Source: Phoronis australis (Eukaryota > Animalia > Phoronida). From it: a stretch of DNA of 64,000 bases. The notes below the pieces were generated by a model that was not told the origin of the DNA, did not search any database, and saw only the letters and a program-made list of their open reading frames with translations. The translations under genes and the position numbers were made by a program. How positions within the stretch are numbered: position 1 is the first letter of the stretch; every line of letters starts with the position of its first letter. Positions 43,301-51,332 of the stretch are shown here, one piece after another. The stretch covers positions 659,296-723,295 of the forward strand of contig NMRA01000057.1 in the NCBI GenBank assembly GCA_002633005.1. The letters run 5' to 3'.

Positions 43301-46300
43301 ATGATTGTGAAAATTGGCATGTATATTGTTACTAAGAAGTGGACAGCTGACGGTGATTTTCTGACAATTTGCACTACTGTGGCGCCTCCTAGTGGCAGTT
43401 TTGTTTTTTTGCGCTTATGGCTGTATCTCCTAAACCCTTTGAGGGATCATTACTAAATTTAGGAAGTGTATTTATATGACGTTGACAACAGATGACGAAG
43501 ACTTTTGGACAGATCCGACTACCGGTGTGCCCCCAGTGGCAATTTTAGTTTTTTACGTTTACCTCTGTATTTTCAAAAGTCCTTAACGGATTTTCATAAA
43601 TTTCAATATGTAGGCACGTATTAGGGAGATGACGTTGTTCTCCCGTTTTCGGATTGATGCAACGTAATTTGCGCCACCTAGTGGCCATTTTTAATGTTTT
43701 CGAGTCTGTTTTTTACGTCCACCCGTCTATCAACCAAACCACTCGAAGAATGGTTATGAAAATTGGCGTGTACATTTATACTTTGAAGTGGACGGCTGAT
43801 GATGATTTTCCGACAACTTCAACTACTGTGACGCCAAGTCGCAGTTTTGTTTTTTTGCGCCTATGCTTCATCTCCTAAACCGTTCGCAGGATCTTTACTA
43901 AATTTAGAAAGTGTATTCATATGATGTAGGCAATGAACGACGACAACTTTTGGACGGGTCTGACTGCTGGTGTGCCCCCTAGTGGCAATTTCAGTTTTTT
44001 ACGTTTGACTGTATGCTCAAAGGTCCTCAACAGATTTTCATAAAATTTTGAATATAGGCATCTATTGGTGAGGTGACGCTCTCCTCCTGTTTTTGGATGG
44101 AATCGAGGTATTATGCGCCACCTGGTGGTCATTTTTGCTGTTTTTGAATCTTGTTTTTGGCGTCCACCCTTCTATCAACCAAATCATTCTGAAGATGGTT
44201 TTAAAAAATGGCATATGTGTTCTCAGTGTAAAGGGATGACGTTTGATGATTACGACTGTCTACTGTGGCTCCTCCTAGGGGTAGTTTTGTTTTGTTTTGT
44301 GCCCTTAGCTGTATCTCCTAAACCCACTGCAGGATCTTTATTAAATTTAGTGAGTGTATTTGTAATGAAGATAACAACAGATTTCAACGACTTTCAGGCG
44401 GATCCAACGGAGACTGCCCCACTTAAGTGGCAATTTCATTTTATTCTGTTTTCCTTTGTTTTTCTGAAGTTCCTTGACGCATTTTTATGAAATATGGCAT
44501 GTTCCAGTTTTTTGATGGATTGTACGCCATCTAGTGGCCATTTTTGTGATACAAATAAGTAACCCCAAAAGCACACCATTTGCGATGCATTCGTGGGCGC
44601 ATTTCAATGCTCTGCGTTGCTCTTGTTATAAATTCCAATTACGTAATATCATTTCTACTGTATACTTATCTAATAAGTATGCATTTGCTTAATTTCAACT
44701 TATACCTTTTCAAATATTACTTTGTTGTTTTATAACTTATTTTAAGTATCTGACTGAGTTGATTTTAAGTTATTGTATATTTGGCATTGAGATTTTTGAT
44801 GTTTTCACTTGAGACTTTGAATGAAATTTTTGATTAAAAGTAAGATTTATTTAATTTTTTTTCTTTGTTTGTAGTCTACATACTGATCACAGCAGTTGTT
44901 TTTTAAATCTTATAAGAAGCTGTGTTACTTTGCTTGTTAACACATTACTGCGTACAGTTTGAAACAAAAACATTCAGACTCTCTTCTACACTATTAGAAA
45001 AAATAACTTAACATACATTTCAGAACTTGAGAGTGGTATCAAGAGATTCCCAAATGACTTTGACGACCTTCCGAAACATCGAAAAAACGAACCTGCCAGG
45101 CAACGGCGACGTGAGAAACGGCGAGATACACCAGTCAGTGTTGCTAGTGACGATGATAGCACGCCGCTTTCCAAACCCACGCCCAGAGTAAGTTAGATTG
45201 AGTCACTTAACAATAAAGGTGTTGTAAGCCACATGTTTGCTGTTCATTTAATTTTGATGCATAATGGCCACAGGATGTTCTTACTTTATTAGTGAATTGT
45301 TGTGTGAACTCGTTTATTAAAGATCGAATCTCACTGTTAACCTTAAGTGTTGGTCGTAAAGATCCTGACTTTTTTAATTGTTTTTCATCAGAACCCTTCA
45401 GTTGAAAAAAATATTCTTTTCCTTCTAAAAATTGTGCTAGCCACCACAAACACATCAGGTTTATTCTCTTTTTTTAAAAGTTTTTGTCCATTTTGCCTTT
45501 ATTCTTAAATGAAAAATGTGTAAACTGTAAGTTACTTTGTAAATTACCATGCAAGTCACTGTGTCTCAACATCAAAGCCTTCCTGGTACACCCACTAATA
45601 CAAATCTTACTGTGCATTACATAATATCTGTATTGTTTTAAGAACTCAAATCATGAATACCTTAATGATTGAGTGTCAGATTTGCTTGTACTTACTAAAC
45701 ACTCAATAGTGAATATAACAATTATCACACTTTGTTAATTGCACTCGTGTCTAACCAAGCATGCTTTGTGTTTAGCGTGCTTGTAGTGTTTTGATTGTCA
45801 CCAGCAGTTAAGCTTTTGAGACCAAGCTTTAACTCTGTTTTGTTGCATTGTACCTGCCACCAGGAAAGGATAACACCAACTCCGAGTCCTCGTCCCAGGA
45901 CCTCCGGCACTCCACAGAGGGCATCAGTGTCCCCTGTAAGACCTAATGCTAACGATTCAAAAGCCGATCACAATGATTCCATTGATCCCCTATTGTTGAA
46001 ATCTGATGATTTTGATGGCTCAGAAACTGAGCCTTCTGTAAGAGCTAGTGAAGAAAATGATAATGAGGAGCTTTCAGACGGCTCAGTAACTGAGGTTGAA
46101 GATGAAGGAAACGGCGAGCCAGATGAGATTGATTACGAGTCTGATGATACAATACAGGGTGAGGCAAAGAAAGTGGGTGAGTCTGAACAAAAAGTTGAGT
46201 CAAAAGGTCAAGAAGAGCTGGAAGGAGAAGATGTAGAAAGTGAGGAAGAAGTAGAAGAAACAGAAAGTGTACAGGACGATGCAAAGAATAATGTCGGTGA

Positions 46301-49300
46301 TGAGGATGATGATGATGACAATAATGAGGATGACGATGATGATGATGACGATGATGACAACAGTGAGATAAAGAAGGGAGAGGACAATAAGGTTGGTGGT
46401 GATAAAGCCGTAGATGATGACAAAGATGATGACGATGATGATATTGATGGAGAGGATGATGATGGTGATAATAATGATCAAAAACAAAGTGGTTCCGGAA
46501 AGAAAAATTCACCTTCAGGTCGTGACAAAGCGAAAAAAGATGATGACGAAGGTGATGATGACGATGATGAAGATGACGATGGTGATGTTGCCTCTGAAAA
46601 AGAAAAACCAAAAACGAAAGGGGACCAGGTAGATAATAAGGCTGAATAAGAAGAATCCAAAGGTGAAGAACACCTGCAGCCAAGTACCAATTCTGCCAAG
46701 AGTAACCAAAATAAGCCAAAGTCTAACAAAGAGAAAGGAGCAAAATCTAAAGGTTCAGAGTGAACAAGCTCAAATGATGTCAACTGATGGACATTAACTG
46801 TGTCTTAGTTATCATGAGGCTCTTAAATTTGGTATAATATTCGAGTACAGATTCTGAGCAGTTTTTGTTAGCCGGTCTCTCTAGAAAATCAATACCCAGT
46901 TCTTGTACTTATCAAATATGATGGACATTTCTACTTGACATTTCTATAGTGATTGTTTTCTAGAGAATTTGTATTTAATGTTTTGTTCTCCTAGTTGTTA
47001 ATATTCAGGTGTTATTATTGTTGTTAATATAACTGTTATCATTGCTTTGCTTTGGTGAAAAGTAAACCACCCTGGCTCCCAGAGTGCAAAGTTGGTTGAG
47101 AGAATCCTGCACCCGTTTGTTTTCAAAATGTGCCGCCTTAAGTAAAGTGTGGGGGCTGACTCTAGAAGAAATTGGGTCAAACAAAACCTGTTTTTCTGGT
47201 GATAAAAACTTATTAAAGCACCATGAGGAACATGCAATGATGTGTCCACAATATGCCTGTGTGTAGTGTGAACATAGCGCCTCTCGCTATAAAATTATCC
47301 CAGTGTGACAAAAGTCCAGTCAACTTTAAACTCTGCCCTCCTATATCTTTGTTGTATATATTAATTGTTATCGTTATCATTTTAGTTGTCCTATTGATGT
47401 ATTTGTGATTTGTGATCAATTAATAGAATTATGCAACTTCTGTATGAGGGTGCATATTATTGCGTACAAGTCCTTGTAATTTTGAAATCTTCCGTCCCTG
47501 TTGTGTGAAGGCTTTTGAATCGGGTGCTGATAGGTCCTCTGCTATGTCTGAAGTAAGGGCTTGTCTTTGCCTTTTTGTTCTTTGTTTAAGCACTGTGTCG
47601 CATGTTCTGCTTTGCTTATTGTGAACTCCATGGGTCCACGGTTCAGTTACACTTATGTCAGCGGGTAGATGGATGTTGAAGTGATTAGTTGTTACTGCAT
47701 TTTTCACGGCAAAAGTATGTCTCAAATTGTCAAAGTTTGTCAAGGTTGTTAGGAAATTACAAAGGAAAAGGTAGAGATATCATTTCCAAACCTGTGAGAC
47801 ATGTGAGACAGATTTTGGTGGCAGTAGGGAAGCGTGACTGCATAAAGCAATGATTAGCTGAAAATAAGACATATAGAGGGTGAAAATTTAATTAATTGAA
47901 TAATAAATTTAAAGTGGTTCACTGTCAATAATGGAGCAAGAATTACCTGAATGAAAATGTTTCTTCAAAAGTTTTACAGACAGTGATAATTATTGTATAA
48001 AATTAATGAGAAGATATTAAGTCCTTTTTTCTAAACACTATCGTGTGTGTAGTTGTCAAAGTGTGACCATATTCCTAGTGCCCTCTACTGGGATTTTGTA
48101 ACTGGACCCCTCAGTTGTAATGGCCCTACGTGTTGTCACCCTTGCACCATTAATGTTTTTGTATTAAATTTGGATTTAAGATAATCAGTAGTCTGGAGTC
48201 GGAGTGGGTATGTTATTATAGTTTAGTGACTTGTTTTGTTTTGTTTTGTTTTGTTCACCACAAAGTTATGATGCATTGTTGTTGCCTGGCTGTGTTTATT
48301 GTTTCGACAATTTGTTGTTTACCTCGATTGCTGACTGGTATCATATCGTGTCCAGAGTTTCACCAAGATGTCTTTAAATAAAATGGTGCTGCGATGTGTA
48401 CTAAGACATTACGTGTTCCTCTGTTGAGGTGATATGGGATCTTAGAAAAATGTCAAAGTTTTGCTAACTTCCCAAAGTCGTATCTCAGAAGTGGGTTATC
48501 TGATTCTAGTGAAACTTTCAGATATTTGTAGTTTTTAAAATATACTGAACAACATCTAAATCTGATAAAGTTGCAATGGCCAAAATCACAATTCTGGCTG
48601 AATCTCGAAACAAATTTGAGTTTTTTTTTACAAACTTCACACAATTTGTTGATATTGCAACAACTTTAGTGCCTAACAGCTGTCGGAAATTGTTTACCTG
48701 GACCTTTAGATATGTAACACTCAAGTTCATATTTCAATTCTGTGACTCGGTATTACATTTTGCACACTAATGCGTAATATTTTTATAGAATAATGGTTCA
48801 GATGTTCTCGGCTCCAGCCTAAGTTTAGATGCTGACAAGATAACGCAGAAAAACCAGGATCGGCTCCGTCGACTGAGAACTTTGGCAGGTATGTTGTACG
48901 GTATGCTTGGGTCGTATTGATTTCATACATTATTTGGAAAATGAAATGTTATCTGCAGTGGAGGGTAGAGCTGGTTGTGTAAAATACAGGGCTGGTTTTG
49001 TGAGTGCAATTGCAACTTACTAAGATTGACAAGATGGGGGTGTTGATTATTGTAAATCAGTTTTCTACATTTCTCAAGTGTAATATCCTGTAGTGTGGTT
49101 TCAAAATCTCATCGAATTACTCAGTCTTTTTTCTAGCTGGTATGCATAAGAATGAAATATTATGCAGACTACAAATGGCATTGAATTTATCAATGTTTGA
49201 TGTCGTGCATGTAATTTATTTTGTAATAGAGGCTATAGGATTGTGTTTTTTGTTTATGCAAGGTCGAATATTTGCTACAACATAAAAATTTTATCAATTT

Positions 49301-51332
49301 TGAGCCATCTCAATGAAGCATCTCAAATCGTAAGCTCGGTTATGACTTTTGTTGTGTAGCTATATTTGAAGCAGAGTCTTGAAGTTATATTCCCTTCATT
49401 TTGCTACATTTTATGCTCAGAAATGGAAGTTCAAAAATCAATCGGTGGGTTTGTTAAATTGATTGTTTTAGAGGTCATAGTCAGTGGCCATGTTTTCTAG
49501 ACGATAGTACTTTGTACTTTATATTTTCTAGCTGGTGTTGTTTTGTGTTTTTCTCTTTGTGTAATTTCCTCTTTAAGACTTTTCTCTGAAATTGCATTTG
49601 TTACAGAACTCAGTCTGTTCCTATATCGTGAATAGGCAAATGTGAAGTCTGCTGAATATTTCTTTGACTAGAACTTGACTCGCAGATTCATTTATTTTTC
49701 TATACCTTTCATTTTCCTTTTACTTTTTGGTTGCTTTTGATGTTATTTTAGTCACATTAAGGCTTTGATAAGTTGCTTTTTTCCTCCTGTGGTCTGCCTC
49801 ATCCAGCGGATGATCAGATATTGTTGAGGATAATGTTTCATAACACAGTGCGTAGTCATTTTAAGTCTCAGTATAACTAATCGTCTGTCACAAAACATGA
49901 CATCCTCTTTTACATGAACAGTTGTCTCATTGCCACGATGTCAAATTTCTAAAGAAACTAATAGATAACTATGAAGCTATGAATCACTTGAATTTTTATG
50001 GTATGGTGTCTTTAAACATGTTGCTTGTTGCTGACTGACCTGCCAACTGTGGTATTCATCAGGGTCCTCATGGCACATTCTTTGCAGTGTTCTTGATCAA
50101 AAGTTATTATAATTGTATAATCATATAAATTTTTGTCATTAAAAATCAGAATCTGTCAATGCTCACAGTGCATTTCCTGTTTCGTTACACTCATTGCACC
50201 TATCCAAGTGAATATTGTTGTTTTTAATTGTCTTCACTAGGGAGCGTTGGTGTTCAGCAATAGTAGTTATGTTGTATAAGAATGCTGTGTTATTTTATCT
50301 CCATTCAAGTGAATGCTGTTTTCCAAATAGCACCTTTGGGCAGATTTTTGGCTTGTTTGTGCTCTTAATATTCAAAGATGACCATGAAATCACCAAAGCG
50401 CAGTTTAAAGGTATTCTGTTATTCCATTTCTCTTTGGGCATTCCTGTGTGCATCCTTTGTCAAATGTATTAATTTACTCTTGACTTTTTCTCGTTTGTAG
50501 GAGATGAAACATCTTTGGCGGATCCAGACGAGGTTCTCAACCGATTCATGGCTAAACAGGACTTCAACAGGTATGAGTTAAAGGACCTTATTGCAAATGC
50601 ACGATGGAGAAATGTAATATTTAAAAGGATACCAAACTTGGTTTTGGCCTGTTAACAGATACTAAAAATGACTTTCCCATCCAGTTTACTTAAACAAAAT
50701 AATGTTCTGTAACCCTCGACAACCCTTGAGATTTTGGAGAAAAATTTGATTTGCAACTCCTTAGAAAGTCTGCTAAAGGGGCAAGCGTAACCTAGTATGC
50801 TTTTAGCGAATTGCAGGCAACTATGGGAAAAGACCACAATATCCAATTTGTGAAATAGGGAGTATGAATTTTTAGTTGATTCCTGCCTTTAGCTTGGAAG
50901 ATTGACGCTGGTGGTGTATCAGCAGGTGACAGAACGAGGATTGATTGAAATCATCAAAACGGGGTTTAGTATCCTTTTATATTCAGCGACTCTGTTAAGC
51001 TCTTACTTTTCGAGGCTCAAAACTCTGATTCTTTTGTTTTCAGTGGATTTCTGTGGCCTTTCTCAAACAAAAATAGAGAATAAAGGTCACCAAGTTCACT
51101 TTGGCATCCAAGAACATGTCCTCGTTGATACAGTGTTTGCCAAAACATCATTGTGATGCATAGTAAAAACATGACAACTGAATTGTTCCGTGTTTGCTCA
51201 TTGTATGATTGAAAACAGCTATCTTCTGAAACGTAACTGGCATCTGACTGATCTGGACTCATTTGTTTCAGACCCCCCTCTGGCCAAACTCTGCAGGATG
51301 ATACCTGGCTGAGACCAGACAGTCGTTACTAG
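1217..51332 (+). CDS. CSPP1: CSPP1-like centrosome and spindle pole-associated protein, multi-exon gene, 5'-partial (start upstream of window)
   Basis: Phase-consistent GT-AG exon chain: 1217-1381, 2449-2535, 2946-3053, 4156-4188, 5258-5305, 6592-6675, 7540-7658, 8013-8100, 9015-9058, (9469-9529 or 10258-10420), 10956-11090, 13199-13319, 13845-13859, 14821-14917, 18257-18436, 18953-19045, 20124-20242, 21119-21218, 21932-22040, 22838-22985, 23501-23679, 24197-24250, 25144-25293, 30891-31037, 31549-31611, 31845-31910, 33816-33974, 35189-35226, 35788-35879, 36890-37018, 41716-41781, 42325-42417, 45024-45187, (45864-46628/46649), 48789-48888, 50501-50570, 51272-51332. Motifs I recognise from vertebrate CSPP1 appear in the expected order: DEAYYYYATRNP, YNPYGRGGGGAPIKD, FARKGNGFFGEP, QIEEKKR coiled coil, SPPVPA, LERQQRALL, ARQRRR, DPDEVL, DTWLRP. 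Confidence 0.9.
2449..2535 (+). CDS. CSPP1: CSPP1 exon (KNFRSGRR...KSDSAE)
   Basis: tttgcag / GAG|gtaaat, 87 nt, phase 0-0. Confidence 0.8.
2946..3053 (+). CDS. CSPP1: CSPP1 exon (IRKAKSRNAEYNEFLRQK...HPE)
   Basis: ttcag / GAG|gttagt, 108 nt, phase 0-0. Confidence 0.85.
3928..4015. mobile_element. about 85-bp hairpin MITE, family A
   Basis: cttacgggg...tgagaatcagttt / aaactggttttcaaa...ccctgtaag inverted arms; related copies near 6840, 12412, 13015. Confidence 0.65.
4156..4188 (+). CDS. CSPP1: CSPP1 small exon (PVPQQPQPAVT)
   Basis: pyrimidine tract + tgtag / gtaggt, 33 nt, phase 0-0. Confidence 0.6.
5258..5305 (+). CDS. CSPP1: CSPP1 exon (ESEFASLRVRDVDSAQ)
   Basis: ttttcag / CAG|gtagtt, 48 nt. 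Confidence 0.75.
6592..6675 (+). CDS. CSPP1: CSPP1 exon (VRKRRERERNDEYNEFLKYK...)
   Basis: ttattag / AGG|gtaaac, 84 nt; paralogous to exon 2946-3053. Confidence 0.85.
6835..6910. mobile_element. hairpin MITE family A copy
   Basis: ttttgagaaccagttt ... aaactggttctcaaaa perfect inverted arms. Confidence 0.65.
7540..7658 (+). CDS. CSPP1: CSPP1 exon (GRDDF...YEEILDKKRQEERQY)
   Basis: aagcag tandem (NAGNAG) acceptor, AG|gtcagt donor, phase 0-2. Confidence 0.85.
8013..8100 (+). CDS. CSPP1: CSPP1 exon (QRNDPEY...SDGFLN)
   Basis: ttgcag / gtaagt, phase 2-0. Confidence 0.8.
9015..9058 (+). CDS. CSPP1: CSPP1 exon (EDKRLRDLDREFER)
   Basis: tttgcag / gtaagt, phase 0-2. Confidence 0.8.
9469..9529 (+). 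CDS. candidate alternative CSPP1 exon (KVQFDREIDVRVKEEEFNHW)
   Basis: gacag / gtaatt, 61 nt, phase 2-0, same phases as 10258-10420. Confidence 0.4.
10258..10420 (+). CDS. CSPP1: CSPP1 exon (KTNLQEELRYP...VDKPV)
   Basis: ctcag / gtaaaa, 163 nt, phase 2-0. Confidence 0.75.
10956..11090 (+). CDS. candidate cassette CSPP1 exon (LDRVRAK...AFGNQ)
   Basis: aag acceptor after pyrimidine tract, CAG|gtattt donor, 135 nt, phase 0-0. Confidence 0.45.
12412..12498. mobile_element. hairpin MITE family A copy (diverged)
   Basis: cttacagg...aaccagttt ... actggttctca...cctctaag. Confidence 0.55.
13013..13091. mobile_element. hairpin MITE family A copy
   Basis: ttttgagaaccagttt ... aaactggttctcaaaa inverted arms. 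Confidence 0.65.
13199..13319 (+). CDS. CSPP1: CSPP1 exon (NGQPLQG...YYATLPV)
   Basis: ctgtag / G|gtacgc, phase 0-1. Confidence 0.8.
13845..13859 (+). CDS. 15-nt CSPP1 microexon (G)TSRR(G)
   Basis: tattcaag acceptor, G|gtaggt donor, frame-preserving phase 1-1. Confidence 0.5.
14821..14917 (+). CDS. CSPP1: CSPP1 exon (YEDTSSAKLRRKEQYRKDLEAQMAE...)
   Basis: tttcag / gtaagt, phase 1-2. Confidence 0.9.
16565..17096. mobile_element. about 530-bp non-autonomous TIR element
   Basis: 16-bp inverted termini gttatgtaggacctta / taaggtcttacataac (1 mismatch), AT-rich non-coding interior. Confidence 0.45.
18257..18436 (+). CDS. CSPP1: CSPP1 exon (EKIRDL...Pro/Ala-rich)
   Basis: ttgtcag / gtaaga, phase 2-2. 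Confidence 0.85.
18953..19045 (+). CDS. CSPP1: CSPP1 exon (PRGILNRGFDFPYGRQPP...)
   Basis: ttcttcag / gtgagt, 93 nt, phase 2-2. Confidence 0.7.
20124..20242 (+). CDS. CSPP1: CSPP1 exon (...YRNPLDEAYYYYATRNPLEP...)
   Basis: tttag / G|gtatgt, phase 2-1; CSPP1-type AYYxY motif. Confidence 0.9.
20599..20627. repeat. (TG)n/(TGCG)n microsatellite
   Basis: direct reading. Confidence 0.85.
21119..21218 (+). CDS. CSPP1: CSPP1 exon (QTIPSNYG...RVNFDD)
   Basis: catag / AG|gtgagt, phase 1-2. Confidence 0.85.
21311..21580. mobile_element. about 270-bp MITE family B (PIF/Harbinger-like)
   Basis: TIR ggtcctgtttcatgaaaagtgactt / aagtcatttccatgagacagaccc, flanked by CAG on both sides (CWG-type TSD). Confidence 0.6.
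21932..22040 (+). CDS. CSPP1: CSPP1 exon (PRRAP...YQAELQRQ)
   Basis: ttgcag / CAG|gtgtgt, phase 2-0. Confidence 0.85.
22838..22985 (+). CDS. CSPP1: CSPP1 exon with YNPYGRGGGGAP motif
   Basis: gaag / G|gtatgg, phase 0-1; hallmark CSPP1/CCDC66-type motif. Confidence 0.92.
23501..23679 (+). CDS. CSPP1: CSPP1 exon (DLRTLRR...FARKGNGFFGEPQ)
   Basis: tttttag / CAG|gtagac, phase 1-0. Confidence 0.9.
24197..24250 (+). CDS. CSPP1: CSPP1 exon (STEEKSASEKYKEELQKQ)
   Basis: tttgcag / CAG|gtaatg, 54 nt. Confidence 0.88.
25144..25293 (+). CDS. CSPP1: CSPP1 coiled-coil exon (IEEKKRKK...EKEEE)
   Basis: ttcag / GAG|gtaggg, 150 nt. Confidence 0.92.
25311..25390. repeat. about 27-bp minisatellite x3
   Basis: tagaggtggcttgagagtagggga-like unit repeated just after the exon donor. 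Confidence 0.7.
27443..27448 (-). terminator. candidate polyadenylation signal of lectin
   Basis: AATAAA on - strand about 100 nt after the stop codon. Confidence 0.5.
27548..29356 (-). CDS. secreted C-type lectin (perlucin/collectin-like, coiled-coil neck + QPD/WND CRD), 2 exons, 252 aa, nested antisense in CSPP1 intron
   Basis: Exon 1 29356-28711 (signal peptide MVSRISIAFLLFIQCLSVQA, heptad-like neck, CPYGF...CYKV...WYDAMKQC...FWLGG...FTNWDV), donor G|gtgaga; exon 2 27660-27548 after ttttag encodes QPDNWYQNDDCLEMWGDRFKWNDLTCTEKRSFICEI-stop. The ORF track misses exon 2. Confidence 0.93.
29431..29437 (-). promoter_or_regulatory. candidate TATA box of nested lectin
   Basis: TATAAAT on - strand about 75 nt upstream of the ATG at 29356. 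Confidence 0.45.
30891..31037 (+). CDS. CSPP1: CSPP1 coiled-coil exon (EQRKNEEIKRQAEE...RQQ)
   Basis: tctcag / CAG|gtgaga, 147 nt. Confidence 0.9.
31038..31470. repeat. G/A-rich low-complexity tract
   Basis: strong purine and G skew with many GGG runs following the exon 30891-31037 donor. Confidence 0.6.
31549..31611 (+). CDS. CSPP1: CSPP1 exon (EAQRQKSPPIPTMRSKTVAPT)
   Basis: tttcag / gtaagt, 63 nt. Confidence 0.8.
31845..31910 (+). CDS. CSPP1: CSPP1 exon (EARTDSPPVPAARSKTEPDSVS)
   Basis: gatag / gtgagt, 66 nt. Confidence 0.8.
32500..32592 (-). mobile_element. degenerate tRNA-derived SINE head
   Basis: - strand tggctcagtg (A-box-like) ... gggtttgagtcc (B-box-like); no intact cloverleaf. 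Confidence 0.3.
33816..33974 (+). CDS. CSPP1: CSPP1 exon (LRGRTSPPVPA...QLQSERLRVE...)
   Basis: tctccag / AAG|gtaatt, 159 nt. Confidence 0.88.
34234..34327. repeat. 48-bp tandem duplication
   Basis: tgcacttcactgacttggtca...gatgtagaactggagact present twice. Confidence 0.8.
35189..35226 (+). CDS. CSPP1: CSPP1 exon (DDVEVYDPRLSK)
   Basis: cttatag / gtaagt, phase 0-2. Confidence 0.8.
35788..35879 (+). CDS. CSPP1: CSPP1 exon (PIIQAP...AEFNKLKHR)
   Basis: ttacag / G|gtatgc, phase 2-1. Confidence 0.8.
36890..37018 (+). CDS. CSPP1: CSPP1 exon (SPSRQEFRSMYP...LERQQRALLKQQ...)
   Basis: caacag / gtaggt, phase 1-1. Confidence 0.88.
37144..37396. mobile_element. MITE family B copy (repeated in the second duplicated segment near 39151-39403)
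   Basis: gggcatgtttcttgaac ... gttcatcaaacagactc, flanked by CTG/CTG. Confidence 0.55.
40411..40546. repeat. (CAGTA)n microsatellite, about 27 units
   Basis: direct reading; only about 2-3 units at the equivalent site of the other copy (near 38387-38400). Confidence 0.95.
41716..41781 (+). CDS. CSPP1: CSPP1 exon (DDPIDGRTSPSSRLQAETAYI)
   Basis: cctag / G|gttggt, phase 1-1; resembles the LESDSAFI segment of CSPP1. Confidence 0.7.
   Translation: MMTPLMDEPVPPPGCRLKQLI
42325..42417 (+). CDS. CSPP1: CSPP1 exon (LNKDPSAAMFD...LLNSKSTFV)
   Basis: ttatag / G|gttagt, phase 1-1. Confidence 0.65.
42897..44627 (+). mobile_element. non-autonomous Helentron-type (DINE-1/HINE/pearl-like) element with internal tandem array
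   Basis: T-rich start; subterminal IR atgtgcccac (42905-42914) versus gtgggcgcat (44593-44602); 5' hairpin ccacatat-tt-atatgtgg; TCCG/TCCA microsatellite; about 150-bp core repeats; 3' short hairpin then tcttgtt. Confidence 0.75.
43050..44545. repeat. about 150-bp monomers arranged as about 450-bp higher-order repeats (about 3.3 copies)
   Basis: ggacNgatccgactaccggtgtgc-like anchor recurs near 43057, 43507, 43952, 44397; gcgccacctRgtggcca-like motif recurs at 43221, 43671, 44115, 44525. Confidence 0.85.
45024..45187 (+). CDS. CSPP1: CSPP1 exon (LESGIKRFP...PARQRRREK...PTPR)
   Basis: tttcag / gtaagt, phase 1-0. Confidence 0.85.
45864..46649 (+). CDS. alternative Asp/Glu-rich CSPP1 exon (terminal exon to TAA 46649, or cassette ending at donor 46628)
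   Basis: ccaccag acceptor in phase 0 with exon 45024-45187; open frame of about 260 codons, extremely D/E-rich; possible CAG|gtagat donor at 46628. Confidence 0.7.
   Translation, partial: ERITPTPSPRPRTSGTPQRASVSPVRPNANDSKADHNDSIDPLLLKSDDFDGSETEPSVRASEENDNEELSDGSVTEVEDEGNGEPDEIDYESDDTIQGEAKKVGESEQKVESKGQEELEGEDVESEEEVEETESVQDDAKNNVGDEDDDDDNNEDDDDDDDDDDNSEIKKGEDNKVGGDKAVDDDKDDDDDDIDGEDDDGDNNDQKQSGSGKKNSPSGRDKAKKDDDEGDDDDDEDDDGDVASEKEKPKTKGDQVDNKAE
48789..48888 (+). CDS. CSPP1: CSPP1 exon (NNGSDVLGSSLSLDADKITQKNQDRLRRL...)
   Basis: ttttatag / G|gtatgt, phase 0-1. Confidence 0.88.
50501..50570 (+). CDS. CSPP1: CSPP1 exon (DETSLADPDEVLNRFMAKQDFN)
   Basis: tttgtag / AG|gtatga, phase 1-2. Confidence 0.9.
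51272..51332 (+). CDS. CSPP1: CSPP1 last coding exon (PPSGQTLQDDTWLRPDSRY-stop)
   Basis: tttcag acceptor, TAG at 51330-51332, WLRP motif. Confidence 0.9.

Noticed and set aside
43050-44545. Regularly spaced repeats as a possible CRISPR array
   Set aside because: Eukaryotic context; the intervening sequences are themselves homologous (tandem monomers); no cas genes.
46045-46719. 224-aa His-rich ORF and overlapping Ile-, Ser- and Met-rich ORFs
   Set aside because: Antisense or shifted-frame shadows of the GAT/GAC-rich acidic exon on the + strand.
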